64,000 nt of DNA, taken from contig JBNKOC010000012.1 of assembly GCA_050294405.1 (NCBI GenBank), positions 160,001 through 224,000 on the forward strand. Direction: 5' to 3'. This DNA comes from Fibrobacteria bacterium (lineage in GTDB: Bacteria > Fibrobacterota > Fibrobacteria > UBA11236 > JADFYW01). The notes beneath the pieces are model-generated. The model did no database searches. It worked only from the letters and a program-made list of their open reading frames with translations, and was not told where the DNA came from. Position numbers and translations under genes: made by a program. Positions 9,985 through 21,018 of this stretch are shown here, piece after piece. Numbering within the stretch: position 1 is the stretch's first letter; each line of letters begins with the position of its first letter.

Positions 9985-11199
9985 ATGCAACAAATTGAAC
10001 ACATTGTTGTGTTAATAATGGAAAATAGATCTTTTGATCAAATGCTTGGGTATTTAAAATTATATGGAATTAGAAACGATATTGACGGTCTTCAACATCA
10101 TTATTTCAACAGATATAGAGGTAAAAAATATAATCCCTATAGGATAAACGCATATGAATTTAAGCCTGATCCTGGTCATGGGAGTAAGGATGTAGAAGAA
10201 CAATTAACATCCAATAACGGTGGGTTTGTAAAAAATTTTTCAAAATATGATTCTAAAACTCCCGAAGATATTATGGGTTTTTATGATGGGTATGATTTAC
10301 CTGTTTACCACAATTTTTCAGAAAATTACTGTATTTGCGATAAATGGTTTTCCTCTGTAAGAGGCCAAACCCAACCTAACCGTGCCTATGCTTATTCTGG
10401 AACCTCGGAGGGATATTCGGATAATATATTTCCTGGTGAATTTTTCAAAGCCAAAACAATATTCCAAATGCTAGAGGAAACAGGAATTAACTGGAACTTT
10501 TACTCTCATGATATTGCTTCACTGCGGTTTAATAAAAACCATTTTTTTTCGGAGCCAATAGATAAAATTGGAAAATTTTTTGAAAGATGCCATAATGGAA
10601 ATTTAAGTCCCGTTTCATGGATTGATCCGGATTTTGGCATAGGCCCAACAGACGGCAATGACGACCACCCACCACATAATATTCAAAAAGGGCAAAAATT
10701 AGTGGGAAGAATATATAATGCTTTGATTAATGGAAAAAATGATCTTTGGAAAAAAACCATGTTTATTATTACCTATGATGAACACGGTGGGTTTTATGAC
10801 CATGTAAAGCCGAGGAAAGCTGAAGATGATAGAGAGAACTTTAAAAAATATGGTGTAAGGGTTCCTGCTTTTGTGGTCTCACCCTGGGTAGCAAAGCGTT
10901 CTGTATCTAGCATTATTTATGATCATACGAGTATTATTAAAACTATTTACGAAAGATTTTGTTCAAATGAACCCGCTTCAAATTTAGAAAAGTTTGGTTT
11001 AAGAACAAAAAACGCAAATAGCTTATGGAGCTTAATAACTTCAAATTTAAGAGAAGATTGCAAAAGCGTTGACTTAAGTAAAATCAAAGATAATAAAATA
11101 GTTGAACCAAATTCACTTATTCGAAGTGAATTTCAGGAATCTCTATATCATTTGCAAGAATATTGTCAGAACGAAGGACTGCCAAAATCTAAAATATGA
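9985..11199 (+). CDS. Phosphoesterase family enzyme (phospholipase C / AcpA-type acid phosphatase)
   Basis: IEHIVVLIMENRSFD, GQTQPNR (Thr nucleophile), DDHPP, TYDEHGGFYDHV, GVRVP..VSPW, YDHTS. Confidence 0.92.
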   Translation: MQQIEHIVVLIMENRSFDQMLGYLKLYGIRNDIDGLQHHYFNRYRGKKYNPYRINAYEFKPDPGHGSKDVEEQLTSNNGGFVKNFSKYDSKTPEDIMGFYDGYDLPVYHNFSENYCICDKWFSSVRGQTQPNRAYAYSGTSEGYSDNIFPGEFFKAKTIFQMLEETGINWNFYSHDIASLRFNKNHFFSEPIDKIGKFFERCHNGNLSPVSWIDPDFGIGPTDGNDDHPPHNIQKGQKLVGRIYNALINGKNDLWKKTMFIITYDEHGGFYDHVKPRKAEDDRENFKKYGVRVPAFVVSPWVAKRSVSSIIYDHTSIIKTIYERFCSNEPASNLEKFGLRTKNANSLWSLITSNLREDCKSVDLSKIKDNKIVEPNSLIRSEFQESLYHLQEYCQNEGLPKSKI

Positions 11200-11220
11200 A
11201 ATCATAGTCCCAGGTAATAT

Positions 11221-14200
11221 ATGAAAAAAATTTCAAAAATTGATTTTTATGATTCCGGTAAAACGGTTTTAAAGACAATAAATGTAGATGGTTGGAAAAA
11301 ATTATCAGCAGATGAAAATTCCAATAGCATTCAATTTTCTCATATAAAAATAAAATTTGAGGATGGAAAGGTTTATTGGATATATGGATTGGAGTTGTCT
11401 GAGGATGAAAGAAAAAAAATCAGCAAAGATTTAGAATTAAAAAATAAAATAATTCAAAAAAATTATCAAACAAGAACGGAAATAAAGATTAAGTTATTCA
11501 TCCCCTATTTTTTTTCTAAGGATCAAGTAGCGAAGGTTACTCTAAAAATTGATCCAAACGCCAAACAGATTAATAATCTAAAATTGGCCGTTTGCTATGA
11601 GAAACAATTTTACGTTGTTTTATCATACTTCAATAATATTGACGACTTTGGGAAAATAGAAAACGAAGATTGGTGCACTAAGTTAGGAAGAAAATTAATA
11701 GACTCACCATCATTAATTTTCAAAAGTTTATGGCCAAAATTTGAAAGCATTTTTGAGAACGAATACTATTTAACCTTTTCCATCACTAATGATATTCAGA
11801 AAAAAAACAAATTTAATAATGCTGTATTTAATTTGGACTATGAGCTAAAAGAAGATGCTGAAGTCAATATTATCCCAGGTTATTCTCCTATGGCAGAAGC
11901 AAAAATCCCGGATTATTATATCCTTGAAATAAGGAACGCTAAGACAAATAAAAAAGATGATGTAGCAAAAATAATTTTTAATTTACATGAAAAAATTTCG
12001 GCGGTAAAATCTTCTTTTCCCCTTTCTTCCCTTCCTGCACTAACCACAGAAGTGGATGGTTGGAACTTTTTTTATGAGATAAAAAAAGAATATAAAGAAG
12101 GTAAATTCAACAGATTTTTTATTGAAAAAGAGCTTCCCAAATTAATATGCCCAGCATGCTTTCCAGGTCAAATTACAAGCGCAAATCTTTTTGATAAAGA
12201 AAACCAAAATTTACAATGGAATATAGAGTGTAAACCATTTAAATTTAATGAGCAAAATTACCCTATTCTGTGCTCCGCAAAATTATTTGAATTTTATCTA
12301 GAGTTTAAAGTTTTAAATTCTATTAAAGAATATGATGTCAGATTTGGCTCATTAGATTTGATAACAAATTCAGTGTACCCGCCCCCTTCCTCCAGTCAAG
12401 AACATTCAATATTTCATTTTATTGTGGAAAAAAAAATAAATCTCGAAAGTTATTCAATTGTTGAAATTATTAAGTGCTCTATCAATTTTCCCATAAAAAC
12501 ATTTATTCCTGGAAACATTGATGATTTACAAAAAATAGAAGCTAAACCTAATCGAGATAGTTCCTTTAAAACAGAAAATAATATTATTCTGATTCCGGAT
12601 AAACGTAACACAATTACTGGTGATGCCCCTTTAAATTATGTTCTAAGAATAGAAGAATTTTTAAAAACAAACCGCTCTCATTCCCTATTGGCAAAAATAA
12701 TTGCCGTGAATAATAACAATGTAAAAATTCCAACGCATAAGTGGATAGTTGTTAATACAGAAAACCACTTTGTGGCTGGTGTTGAAATTAAGAACAATAC
12801 CGAATTAAAAAATGGTTTTGAAATCGCAAAATGGAGTGATTTTGGAACCGATAGATATAAATGGATGTTTCAAGGCTTTGGAAATGTTGAGATAGAATTA
12901 ACCTTGCCTCCTCAATCCATTGGGGAAGAGTTTGAACGGAGGGAGGATATTGGTGAAGGTGATAAATTAAAATTTGCGTTTTCTCCGTCGACTAAAATAA
13001 CATTAAGTGATAAGCTGTTGAATAGAAATTGGGGCCCAGCTTATTGGAGCTTAAACCAGTGGCTTGGTGAAATGGGGCAAAAAGACCCTGGTTCAGATGT
13101 TGTAAATTTGACAATGGAGCTTTTGTATGGCCTTGAAGTGAACATTAATGAGAAAGAATATGAAGGCGAAAATAGACTTAAAATATCCAAATTATTTTCA
13201 CTGATTGGTAACGTACCAAATATTCCTCAAGTCTTAAGTTCTTCGAGCAAGGGAGAATTTAAAAATTGGTATGAAGAACTTGTAAAATATAAAAAAACAG
13301 TTATGTCATATTTGGAAGTACTGCAATTGAGAAGACCAGGGCAAGCTAACTCAGTTAGTATAACTAGCGGCTTAAGATTTTTATTGCGAAAGGATGTTTT
13401 AAAAAAACCGCAGAGTGAGGATAATGGACCACCAGATTTATTAAAGGGTGGGGCTTTGTGGGGTCTTCCTTCATCTTCATCTAATGTATATAAAATGTTA
13501 GTTGATAGTCCTATTTCCAAAAAAGGCGAACTTGAAAATGTGTATTTATCCAGTCTAGGGGGCTGGGGTAAGTTTGTCTCAGATTATGACAAGGTTAAAA
13601 TAATATCAAATACAATGAAAGGCCGAACCTCGAATTATTCTTTGGAATTACTTGGGAGAGTTGGGGTTTTTGGGAATTTAGCAAAATACGTAGCTGTGTT
13701 TGAAAGAACAACATTTCCTTCCGAGCAATTTAGAGAAACTCAAAATAAACATATAAATAGACCAATAGTGCGCAAAGTCAAAGAATATATAGAAATTTTA
13801 GAGGACGAAAAAGAAATTAATCAGCAGTTTATTAAGAGTTGCAAATTTAATAAAGGGGTTAAAATCGCCGTAGATAGTATATGGGGAGAAGATTTTATAT
13901 CCGAAGATGGCGCAGAACTATTCAAAGGTTGGAAAATTCCACTTTGGCAAAAAGATATATCAGATGAAACTTATCCCATGCCGGAAATGTTTTTAGATTG
14001 TCAATCCCTTTCAGAATCAGAAACTGGTATATACTCAAATCAAATATCAAACCCTGAAAATGTATACTTTTATTTTATTTCAGAACCCACGGGCTTTCCG
14101 GTGGAAAAATGGCCGGCTATTTCGGGAATAGATTTTTGTAATCTTCCCAATCCTAAAAATAACGAAGTACCAGAATTAAATAAGGATTCACTAAACTCCA

Positions 14201-17200
14201 TGCTTCCGGATGCTCCTTCTGTTGCATCTGGATTTGGTAACATGACTTTTAACCTTTTAAGCACAAATGTGTTTACAGCGCTTCAGCAATCAGGAGAGGG
14301 TTTTGTAGCCGCTAACATTGAAAATGTGACATTGAGTTGTTCTGAGGAAATTGTTAATTCTCTTCCAGAGGAACTTACGGAAATAAATGGTTTTCAAGAA
14401 AGTTTCAATAAAATTTGGGCTAGTAGTAAAAGGGAAGGTGAAGAATTAAAAAAGATAAAAACATATTTTAAAGATAAATGTGCCGAGATCACAGAAGGTT
14501 TTAAAACCGGTTTGATTGATTCAATTGCTTCAGTAACAAATAGAACGAAAGATTTAAAAACTAAACTTGAAACCATTCAAGCAGATGCGGGTTCTCGTAT
14601 TGAATCGGGAAGAAATAAAATTCATAAATTTGTTGATGAAATAAGCAGAAGTTTAGAGCTGCTCATACAAAAAAATAACCCATTATATTCTATTTCCAAA
14701 AATGTGACCGATAAAATTTTAAAACTTAAAAGTGAAGCTGAAAAAATCATTATTGATTCAGGTTCAAATATTCAAAGGAAGAAATTAGAGATTAATAATA
14801 AAATCCAAGAGACAATTGGACTTATTAATGACCTTGAGGATATTAATAATATTCAAATAAACATCGGCCAATACAATTTTGAATTTGATATGGGTATAAG
14901 TGAAACTATTAAATCTCAAATTGATGAAATTGTAGGTTTTTTAAATAAGTGTAAATTTGAGGGGGATAGCTTAGACTCAAACATACTTAATCCAATAGAA
15001 AACTGGGAAACAAAATTAAAGGAGTTGAAGGTTTATATTGTTTTTGATTTTGTAAGTAAAATAAACAATGCTTTAGTAAAGGATGACAGTTGTTTTCAGA
15101 AAAAGGCAAATAAAGCATGGGAAGAGTTTTGTAATAATAATAAAGAATTGAACTTACCGGATTTAAATGGTTCTTTAATACCTATTAAAAATAACATCAA
15201 TGATCTTATTGATGAAGTTATCGGAAATATATTTGAGGAGTTTCCGGATAAGATTAAAGGGGAAGGAGATGAAGCTGTTGCCTACTTCCAGGCCTGTAAA
15301 AATTTAGTACTCAGCTATTACCAAAAAAGTGGTCTAGCGGGTAATATTCAAAACGGCCGTAATGCAGTACGCATATTAAGGGCTTGGGGAAGCGCTCCGG
15401 ATGTTCCAGGAATGAAGTTTAACCGAAGAAAATTGGCCTATTATTTTAAGGAAGGTCAAAAGGAAATTGAAACTAGCCCGGTTGTTATATCATTAAAAGA
15501 TAAGGTTAAGGATGTTTTTCATAAACTGGATTCCCTAGTTCCCTTTGATCTTAAAAATCCCACCAAGGTATTAAAAGACAGGTGGGAGTTTATCAAAGAC
15601 GGATTTGTTAATGAGGGGGAAGTTTATTTAAAAGATTTTATAAGGAGTTTGGGAGGGGCTAGTTTGGATAAACTTTTGCCTAAAATCCCGGTTCCCCATA
15701 ACTTGAATAAATATTTGGAAATTAAAAATGGCTTTCATAAAGCTACAGGCATGGCCTGGGTGGATTTGCGTTTAAATTACCCCATACCTCAAAGTTCCAT
15801 ATTATATGAAGTGAATCCAGTTAAAATACTGTTAAAAAATATAAGGCTTAGGGCGTATACAAAACTTGAAGCTTCCAAAAGCGGAGTTCAAAATGAAATT
15901 GGAAGCGGAAATTTAAATGCAGATTGGGAATTGGAATTAGGTGGAACAAAAATTATCACGTTTATGGATGTTGATGTTAGTTTCAATAATCGTGGAGAAT
16001 TCGATTTTCGTTTATCGCCGGATAAAATAATTTTACATGGAGTATTGGATGTTATAAAATCAATATTCCCCAAAAATTACAAAGGAAACGGCCTATCAAT
16101 CGGCTTATTCGAAGAAAATAGTATTCCAGTTGGAATTCAGGCATTGCTCTCCTTGTCTATGCCGGATATAACAATAGGCAGTTTGTCTGCTTCCGGATTA
16201 GTTTTAAAAGCTCCTTTTTCCATAGCATATAAAAATGGGGAGTTTGGGATGGGTTTTGGCTTTTCGATTGGAAGTAAGAACACTCCTTTTTCCATTACTT
16301 TATTTGGAGTTAGCGGTGCCTGCTGGCTGGAGAATAACTTTTTTATGGCTGGTAACCGAACCCTAAGCCGAACCTCTATGGGGGTTGCAGTGGGAATGAA
16401 CTTTGGGCTCAATATAATGGATATTGTTTATGGTAGAGCCTATGTTTTTTTCGGAATCAATATAGAATCAGTTTCTGATAATGGCCTTAATAAAAATGAT
16501 TACAGTTATTCTGTGTTTATATTAATTGCAGGTGAACTATCGGTATTGGGGTTGCTTACGGCCCAATTAAAAATATTGCTAGAAGTGGTATACAATAACG
16601 GATTATTGATTGGCAGGGGCACGGTTTCCATTAAAATAGAGATGTTATTTTTTGATATTAAAATTAAGAAGTCCATTAGCTATGAATTTGGAGATGAAGG
16701 AAGTTCCCAAAATAAGCATGAGTATTATAAAACCCTCAATACCTTTGATTCACTTGAGTCGAAAAATAATGTAGTGGAAGATAAAGGAGTAAGTCAAGCA
16801 GGGGGAGAAGGAGAGGGTACAACTAATTTTAAGTTATGGTCCAGTATTGAAAAAGTTGGTGATAATAAATATGGTGTCACTCTGATTTTGGGTTTTGAGC
16901 AAGATGATCAAAGTATCTTAACTGCTGATGGAATTGATAAACTCATTTCTGAAATGAAAAAATGGAAAGATGTAAAAAATATAAAGGCGTACCCTGTAGG
17001 TAATATTAATAATCCCATTACCTTAAATGTTAGCCAGGAGGAAGATAATAACTGGTACAATGGATTTTTTGATAAACTTAAGGAGAAATTTAATACCGCC
17101 TCAATAAATAATGAAAAATGGCTGCAGTATCTGGAGTATTACTCTACTCTACCTGACCCCATATCCCAATATCTAAAGCTAAACTTGATTTGCACAATCC

Positions 17201-20200
17201 GTGATAGTGATAAAAACATTGATGAAAATGTGAAATATTATATAGTTCCAGATATTGAAGGATTTTCGCTGAAAAATAATGGAGTATATAAAAATGGAAA
17301 TAATACTTGGAAAATAATACCTGGTAAGCCCCGCCCTCAAATTGGAAATTGGGTAGAACCCAAATGTTTTCATAACAACTATTTGGTAAAAATAGAAGAT
17401 AAAGTAGGTCGTATCTTTAACTTTAGTCTTTGGGTACCTAATTGGTTAAAGTTAAATCCAAACATTGAATTGGATGATTCCAAAAAAAATGCAATAAAAG
17501 ATGTTCTTATTAGTTCAGCATTAAAGATGTTTAAACTGGAAGAATACGTCTTTGACCTGTCTGAAAAAATCACCGTTCACCTGGATAAATCCCCGGATTT
17601 TTTGAATGAGTTAGGAAAAACTTTTGAGGAAGGATTTAATGAAAATACAATTAAGAAAGAATTAGATTCTATTTATTACAAAATTATTGATGAAGAAAAT
17701 GTATCCCAAAATGACTATGCTGGTATAATTCTAGCTTTTAACACAAAAGTTTGGGATAGTGTTTTTCTTCCGCAGCTATTTATTCGTGGCTATTTATCCG
17801 ATGAAGAGGGTGGTAATATCATAAAAAATAACAAGCCAGAAATTATTCAATACTTGCAAAATATGCCAAATGGTTTTGAAAACTATTTACATAAATCTGC
17901 CGGAAATAATTTGTTAAACCAGAATGAAGAAAATTTATCAGATGCAAACCAATTAATTGGGTATTTAAAAAATAAATTGGAGGAGTATTTAAATGGTTCA
18001 GGGAACGACGGCCCTAATATTCTCCAGGACTTCAAAGAATATATTGAGAGGAAATTGGTTGTAATTCTTAAAAATTTGTTTTTAGAAAAAGAAACAAAAG
18101 AAGCACCCCCGATAACTCCCGTTCTTTTAAAGGAAATTTCCGAAGGGTTACACATTAGCTTGGGAAGTATTTCAGATAATCGTAATAAAAATCAGAGAGA
18201 AATATTAAGCGGTCTTGGGATACTTTTAAGTGAGGGTGGCAGTAATTTTTATTGTCTGAATAAGGCAGAGATCAAATTAAAGGGTAATGATACAGAAAAT
18301 GTAATTGTTCCCCTTAGGATAGCAAAAAATTTTGGGATGGCAAACTCTGTAATAAGCTATAATAATGAAACTTTAATTGGCGATACCAATTCAGAGACTG
18401 ATGGAAGTAACTTCGATCCGCTTTTTAAATTTAAGAAATTGAATGGTGAAAATTTACCCAAGCTTAAATTTGGGAATTCGTATTCTATAGTAATATTTAA
18501 AATTTCATATTCAGGAACAGTTCCAGATATAGTAAGTACTTTATCTCGAAGTAATGAAAATTTAATTGACTTGTCACAAAGCAATGAGGAATATGTAACG
18601 GGAACTGCTATTAAAAGTAATTTCCTTAAGAAAACCAAGTATTTAAGAGATGTTCCGGTGGGAACACCCCTTTTAAACCATACAGATAATACGGATAGTG
18701 AAAGACCACTTTTCGACCCAATCCCGAAAGGTGTATTTCCTTTGGCTAGTGAATTAGAAACGCCAACATTATTGCATTACTTATATCCGGGCGATGAGGA
18801 ATACTTTTTTTATGAAAATAGTCTCTCGGAAGGATTGTTTAATTTTTTCGAAAGAGAAGTTAAAATTGTTTTTTCCAAATTTTCTGTTCCTCTTTCTAAT
18901 CAAGACTTGTGGATAAATATTTATTCAAATGATAGTGGAGTTAATGCTATCCCCTCAATATCAGCAAAGTTGTGTGTAAATAAGAAAGATAATATGGAAT
19001 TAGATTTTAAGTTATGCAAGGAAAATGGTAATAATGTTGTGTTATACAAATTTCAAGATGGAGGCAGTCCAATTAAAATTTGGAGTGACAATGACCCCAA
19101 TTTTAAAATTGATAACGGATTTATTTCCCTTAAATTAAACAAAAATGTAAATGGGGAAAATCGTGAAATTTCGTATTCCACGCCATTTGTTAGGGAAGAT
19201 TCTTCATCCACTTTCTTATTATCGAAAAGTGATTACGGAAAAAACAAACTGCCCATAATGCTTTTAGGAGAAGATGAGAAAGCCTTTACATTAAAAATGC
19301 CCAAAACAGACCCGCAAACATTTCATCACTGGCATGGGTCTGTCGATGGCCAGAATAATGAGTCTAAAGAAGACCCTGCAGTCGATAAGCTTTTTTGTGA
19401 AATTGTTTTCCTTGAAAATAGACATCGTGATAAAATATTTGAGCTGGATGGAAATAAAAATATTGTGTTTAAATTAAAGGGGGAAAAGGATAATGATGTT
19501 TTAGTTACAAATAATGGAAACCAACATATAATATCTGTTGTACCGGGTACGCAGCATTTGGTGCGTATTTATAGTGGTGTAAATTTTAAGTACTTTAAAC
19601 AACAGGATAACGACCAAAAAATTTATTCCTATTTAAGAGTTGGGAGGGAACAACATACAGTAAGTGGAATATCTTATGTATTGTTTAGCCCTTTTCAATT
19701 TATTGTGGAAGCTGTTTATAAGTTAGATGAATTACCTAATGACTTGTTTGATAATGTATCTATAACAGACGCCGAGGACAAGATCCAGGGTTTTGTTAAC
19801 GGCGGGTTTGCGAGCAAAAGAATTTTAAAATATTACCATAAAGTAGATTCTAATTTGCAGCAATGGAGGTGGAATGGGCTTCCACTACCAATTGATAAAA
19901 ATTTGGAAGAATACGATAAAATGGTGGCAAGCTGGTTTGAACAATCAGGAGATGGATGTTACAACCAAACCAGCCAAAAAATTTCTGCTAAAAATTGGAG
20001 TTCCAACAAAAAGGTGGCCCTGTTTGAAAAAGATATAAGCTTAGATACAAGGGCCCATTATTACCGAATGCACTTTGTATTTCACAATAGGTACAATGGT
20101 TTTATCAAAGCAGAACCGCAAATCTTGAAAAATGGAAATGAATTATGGAAAAAAATTAGAGTACCTAACAGGATGGAGAGTAATCTCAGAACTCCATCCA

Positions 20201-21018
20201 TTCGTCTAATCATTCCTCTAACAAAGAACTACATCAAAAGTGATGGGAGTCATATTTATCAGGCTTTGGTGATATTGAACGAAGGCTGGTTTGAAGATTG
20301 CGGGTATGAGGAAAAATTAAAATGTGAAATTGAATCTGTTGCAAAAGGAAAGAATGATGAGGAGAATGGGGAAAAAATACCTCAGGTTGGATGGGACCCT
20401 ATATTAACAAAAGAAAAATGGGAGGGTGATGCTCCAAGTATTAATATAATTGGTCCATTTGGGCATAGCTTTGATGCTGATACTCAGGAAAATAGTTTTT
20501 CATTTTGTTCCTTCCGCTTGTCTATTGAAATAGATAATTCAGATAAAATTAGCTCACAGGATCACTTATTCGCAAAGTTAAAATTTTGGAGAGAATCGCC
20601 CAAAGAAACAAATGGCCCCCTTAAAAGTGTTCCTACCCTTTCCCAGTGGGTGGAATTTTTACCACCCGCAGATGATTTGAATTCCGCATCTAAGGAGTCT
20701 CATGGAAACTTTGTCTATGGGTATTTAGTAACCAAAATTGTGACAGACATCTCATCAAAAATGGAAACGGAGGAGTTTGTATCATTGGATTTTAAACCTC
20801 CTAATAAACGTGATAGAAAATACCGACGTAGAATTTTGGAATTTTTAATACCTGATATTGGGCTAAATGGGTTTAACCTCAAAACAACGAATAACATAAA
20901 ATTGGATAAAGCTGGAAGTGTCTGGGAGCTTATTTTTGGTAATTCCCAGAGCCCAACCCCTCCAGCCCTTTTAACTAGGGTAAGCAATCCGTATTCAACA
21001 ACTGAATTGAAAAAATAA
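11221..21018 (+). CDS. Giant hypothetical protein (3265 aa)
   Basis: Uninterrupted 9.8 kb ORF in AT-rich DNA, 21 nt after the phosphoesterase; no signal peptide and no confidently recognised domain. Confidence 0.9.
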   Translation: MKKISKIDFYDSGKTVLKTINVDGWKKLSADENSNSIQFSHIKIKFEDGKVYWIYGLELSEDERKKISKDLELKNKIIQKNYQTRTEIKIKLFIPYFFSKDQVAKVTLKIDPNAKQINNLKLAVCYEKQFYVVLSYFNNIDDFGKIENEDWCTKLGRKLIDSPSLIFKSLWPKFESIFENEYYLTFSITNDIQKKNKFNNAVFNLDYELKEDAEVNIIPGYSPMAEAKIPDYYILEIRNAKTNKKDDVAKIIFNLHEKISAVKSSFPLSSLPALTTEVDGWNFFYEIKKEYKEGKFNRFFIEKELPKLICPACFPGQITSANLFDKENQNLQWNIECKPFKFNEQNYPILCSAKLFEFYLEFKVLNSIKEYDVRFGSLDLITNSVYPPPSSSQEHSIFHFIVEKKINLESYSIVEIIKCSINFPIKTFIPGNIDDLQKIEAKPNRDSSFKTENNIILIPDKRNTITGDAPLNYVLRIEEFLKTNRSHSLLAKIIAVNNNNVKIPTHKWIVVNTENHFVAGVEIKNNTELKNGFEIAKWSDFGTDRYKWMFQGFGNVEIELTLPPQSIGEEFERREDIGEGDKLKFAFSPSTKITLSDKLLNRNWGPAYWSLNQWLGEMGQKDPGSDVVNLTMELLYGLEVNINEKEYEGENRLKISKLFSLIGNVPNIPQVLSSSSKGEFKNWYEELVKYKKTVMSYLEVLQLRRPGQANSVSITSGLRFLLRKDVLKKPQSEDNGPPDLLKGGALWGLPSSSSNVYKMLVDSPISKKGELENVYLSSLGGWGKFVSDYDKVKIISNTMKGRTSNYSLELLGRVGVFGNLAKYVAVFERTTFPSEQFRETQNKHINRPIVRKVKEYIEILEDEKEINQQFIKSCKFNKGVKIAVDSIWGEDFISEDGAELFKGWKIPLWQKDISDETYPMPEMFLDCQSLSESETGIYSNQISNPENVYFYFISEPTGFPVEKWPAISGIDFCNLPNPKNNEVPELNKDSLNSMLPDAPSVASGFGNMTFNLLSTNVFTALQQSGEGFVAANIENVTLSCSEEIVNSLPEELTEINGFQESFNKIWASSKREGEELKKIKTYFKDKCAEITEGFKTGLIDSIASVTNRTKDLKTKLETIQADAGSRIESGRNKIHKFVDEISRSLELLIQKNNPLYSISKNVTDKILKLKSEAEKIIIDSGSNIQRKKLEINNKIQETIGLINDLEDINNIQINIGQYNFEFDMGISETIKSQIDEIVGFLNKCKFEGDSLDSNILNPIENWETKLKELKVYIVFDFVSKINNALVKDDSCFQKKANKAWEEFCNNNKELNLPDLNGSLIPIKNNINDLIDEVIGNIFEEFPDKIKGEGDEAVAYFQACKNLVLSYYQKSGLAGNIQNGRNAVRILRAWGSAPDVPGMKFNRRKLAYYFKEGQKEIETSPVVISLKDKVKDVFHKLDSLVPFDLKNPTKVLKDRWEFIKDGFVNEGEVYLKDFIRSLGGASLDKLLPKIPVPHNLNKYLEIKNGFHKATGMAWVDLRLNYPIPQSSILYEVNPVKILLKNIRLRAYTKLEASKSGVQNEIGSGNLNADWELELGGTKIITFMDVDVSFNNRGEFDFRLSPDKIILHGVLDVIKSIFPKNYKGNGLSIGLFEENSIPVGIQALLSLSMPDITIGSLSASGLVLKAPFSIAYKNGEFGMGFGFSIGSKNTPFSITLFGVSGACWLENNFFMAGNRTLSRTSMGVAVGMNFGLNIMDIVYGRAYVFFGINIESVSDNGLNKNDYSYSVFILIAGELSVLGLLTAQLKILLEVVYNNGLLIGRGTVSIKIEMLFFDIKIKKSISYEFGDEGSSQNKHEYYKTLNTFDSLESKNNVVEDKGVSQAGGEGEGTTNFKLWSSIEKVGDNKYGVTLILGFEQDDQSILTADGIDKLISEMKKWKDVKNIKAYPVGNINNPITLNVSQEEDNNWYNGFFDKLKEKFNTASINNEKWLQYLEYYSTLPDPISQYLKLNLICTIRDSDKNIDENVKYYIVPDIEGFSLKNNGVYKNGNNTWKIIPGKPRPQIGNWVEPKCFHNNYLVKIEDKVGRIFNFSLWVPNWLKLNPNIELDDSKKNAIKDVLISSALKMFKLEEYVFDLSEKITVHLDKSPDFLNELGKTFEEGFNENTIKKELDSIYYKIIDEENVSQNDYAGIILAFNTKVWDSVFLPQLFIRGYLSDEEGGNIIKNNKPEIIQYLQNMPNGFENYLHKSAGNNLLNQNEENLSDANQLIGYLKNKLEEYLNGSGNDGPNILQDFKEYIERKLVVILKNLFLEKETKEAPPITPVLLKEISEGLHISLGSISDNRNKNQREILSGLGILLSEGGSNFYCLNKAEIKLKGNDTENVIVPLRIAKNFGMANSVISYNNETLIGDTNSETDGSNFDPLFKFKKLNGENLPKLKFGNSYSIVIFKISYSGTVPDIVSTLSRSNENLIDLSQSNEEYVTGTAIKSNFLKKTKYLRDVPVGTPLLNHTDNTDSERPLFDPIPKGVFPLASELETPTLLHYLYPGDEEYFFYENSLSEGLFNFFEREVKIVFSKFSVPLSNQDLWINIYSNDSGVNAIPSISAKLCVNKKDNMELDFKLCKENGNNVVLYKFQDGGSPIKIWSDNDPNFKIDNGFISLKLNKNVNGENREISYSTPFVREDSSSTFLLSKSDYGKNKLPIMLLGEDEKAFTLKMPKTDPQTFHHWHGSVDGQNNESKEDPAVDKLFCEIVFLENRHRDKIFELDGNKNIVFKLKGEKDNDVLVTNNGNQHIISVVPGTQHLVRIYSGVNFKYFKQQDNDQKIYSYLRVGREQHTVSGISYVLFSPFQFIVEAVYKLDELPNDLFDNVSITDAEDKIQGFVNGGFASKRILKYYHKVDSNLQQWRWNGLPLPIDKNLEEYDKMVASWFEQSGDGCYNQTSQKISAKNWSSNKKVALFEKDISLDTRAHYYRMHFVFHNRYNGFIKAEPQILKNGNELWKKIRVPNRMESNLRTPSIRLIIPLTKNYIKSDGSHIYQALVILNEGWFEDCGYEEKLKCEIESVAKGKNDEENGEKIPQVGWDPILTKEKWEGDAPSINIIGPFGHSFDADTQENSFSFCSFRLSIEIDNSDKISSQDHLFAKLKFWRESPKETNGPLKSVPTLSQWVEFLPPADDLNSASKESHGNFVYGYLVTKIVTDISSKMETEEFVSLDFKPPNKRDRKYRRRILEFLIPDIGLNGFNLKTTNNIKLDKAGSVWELIFGNSQSPTPPALLTRVSNPYSTTELKK

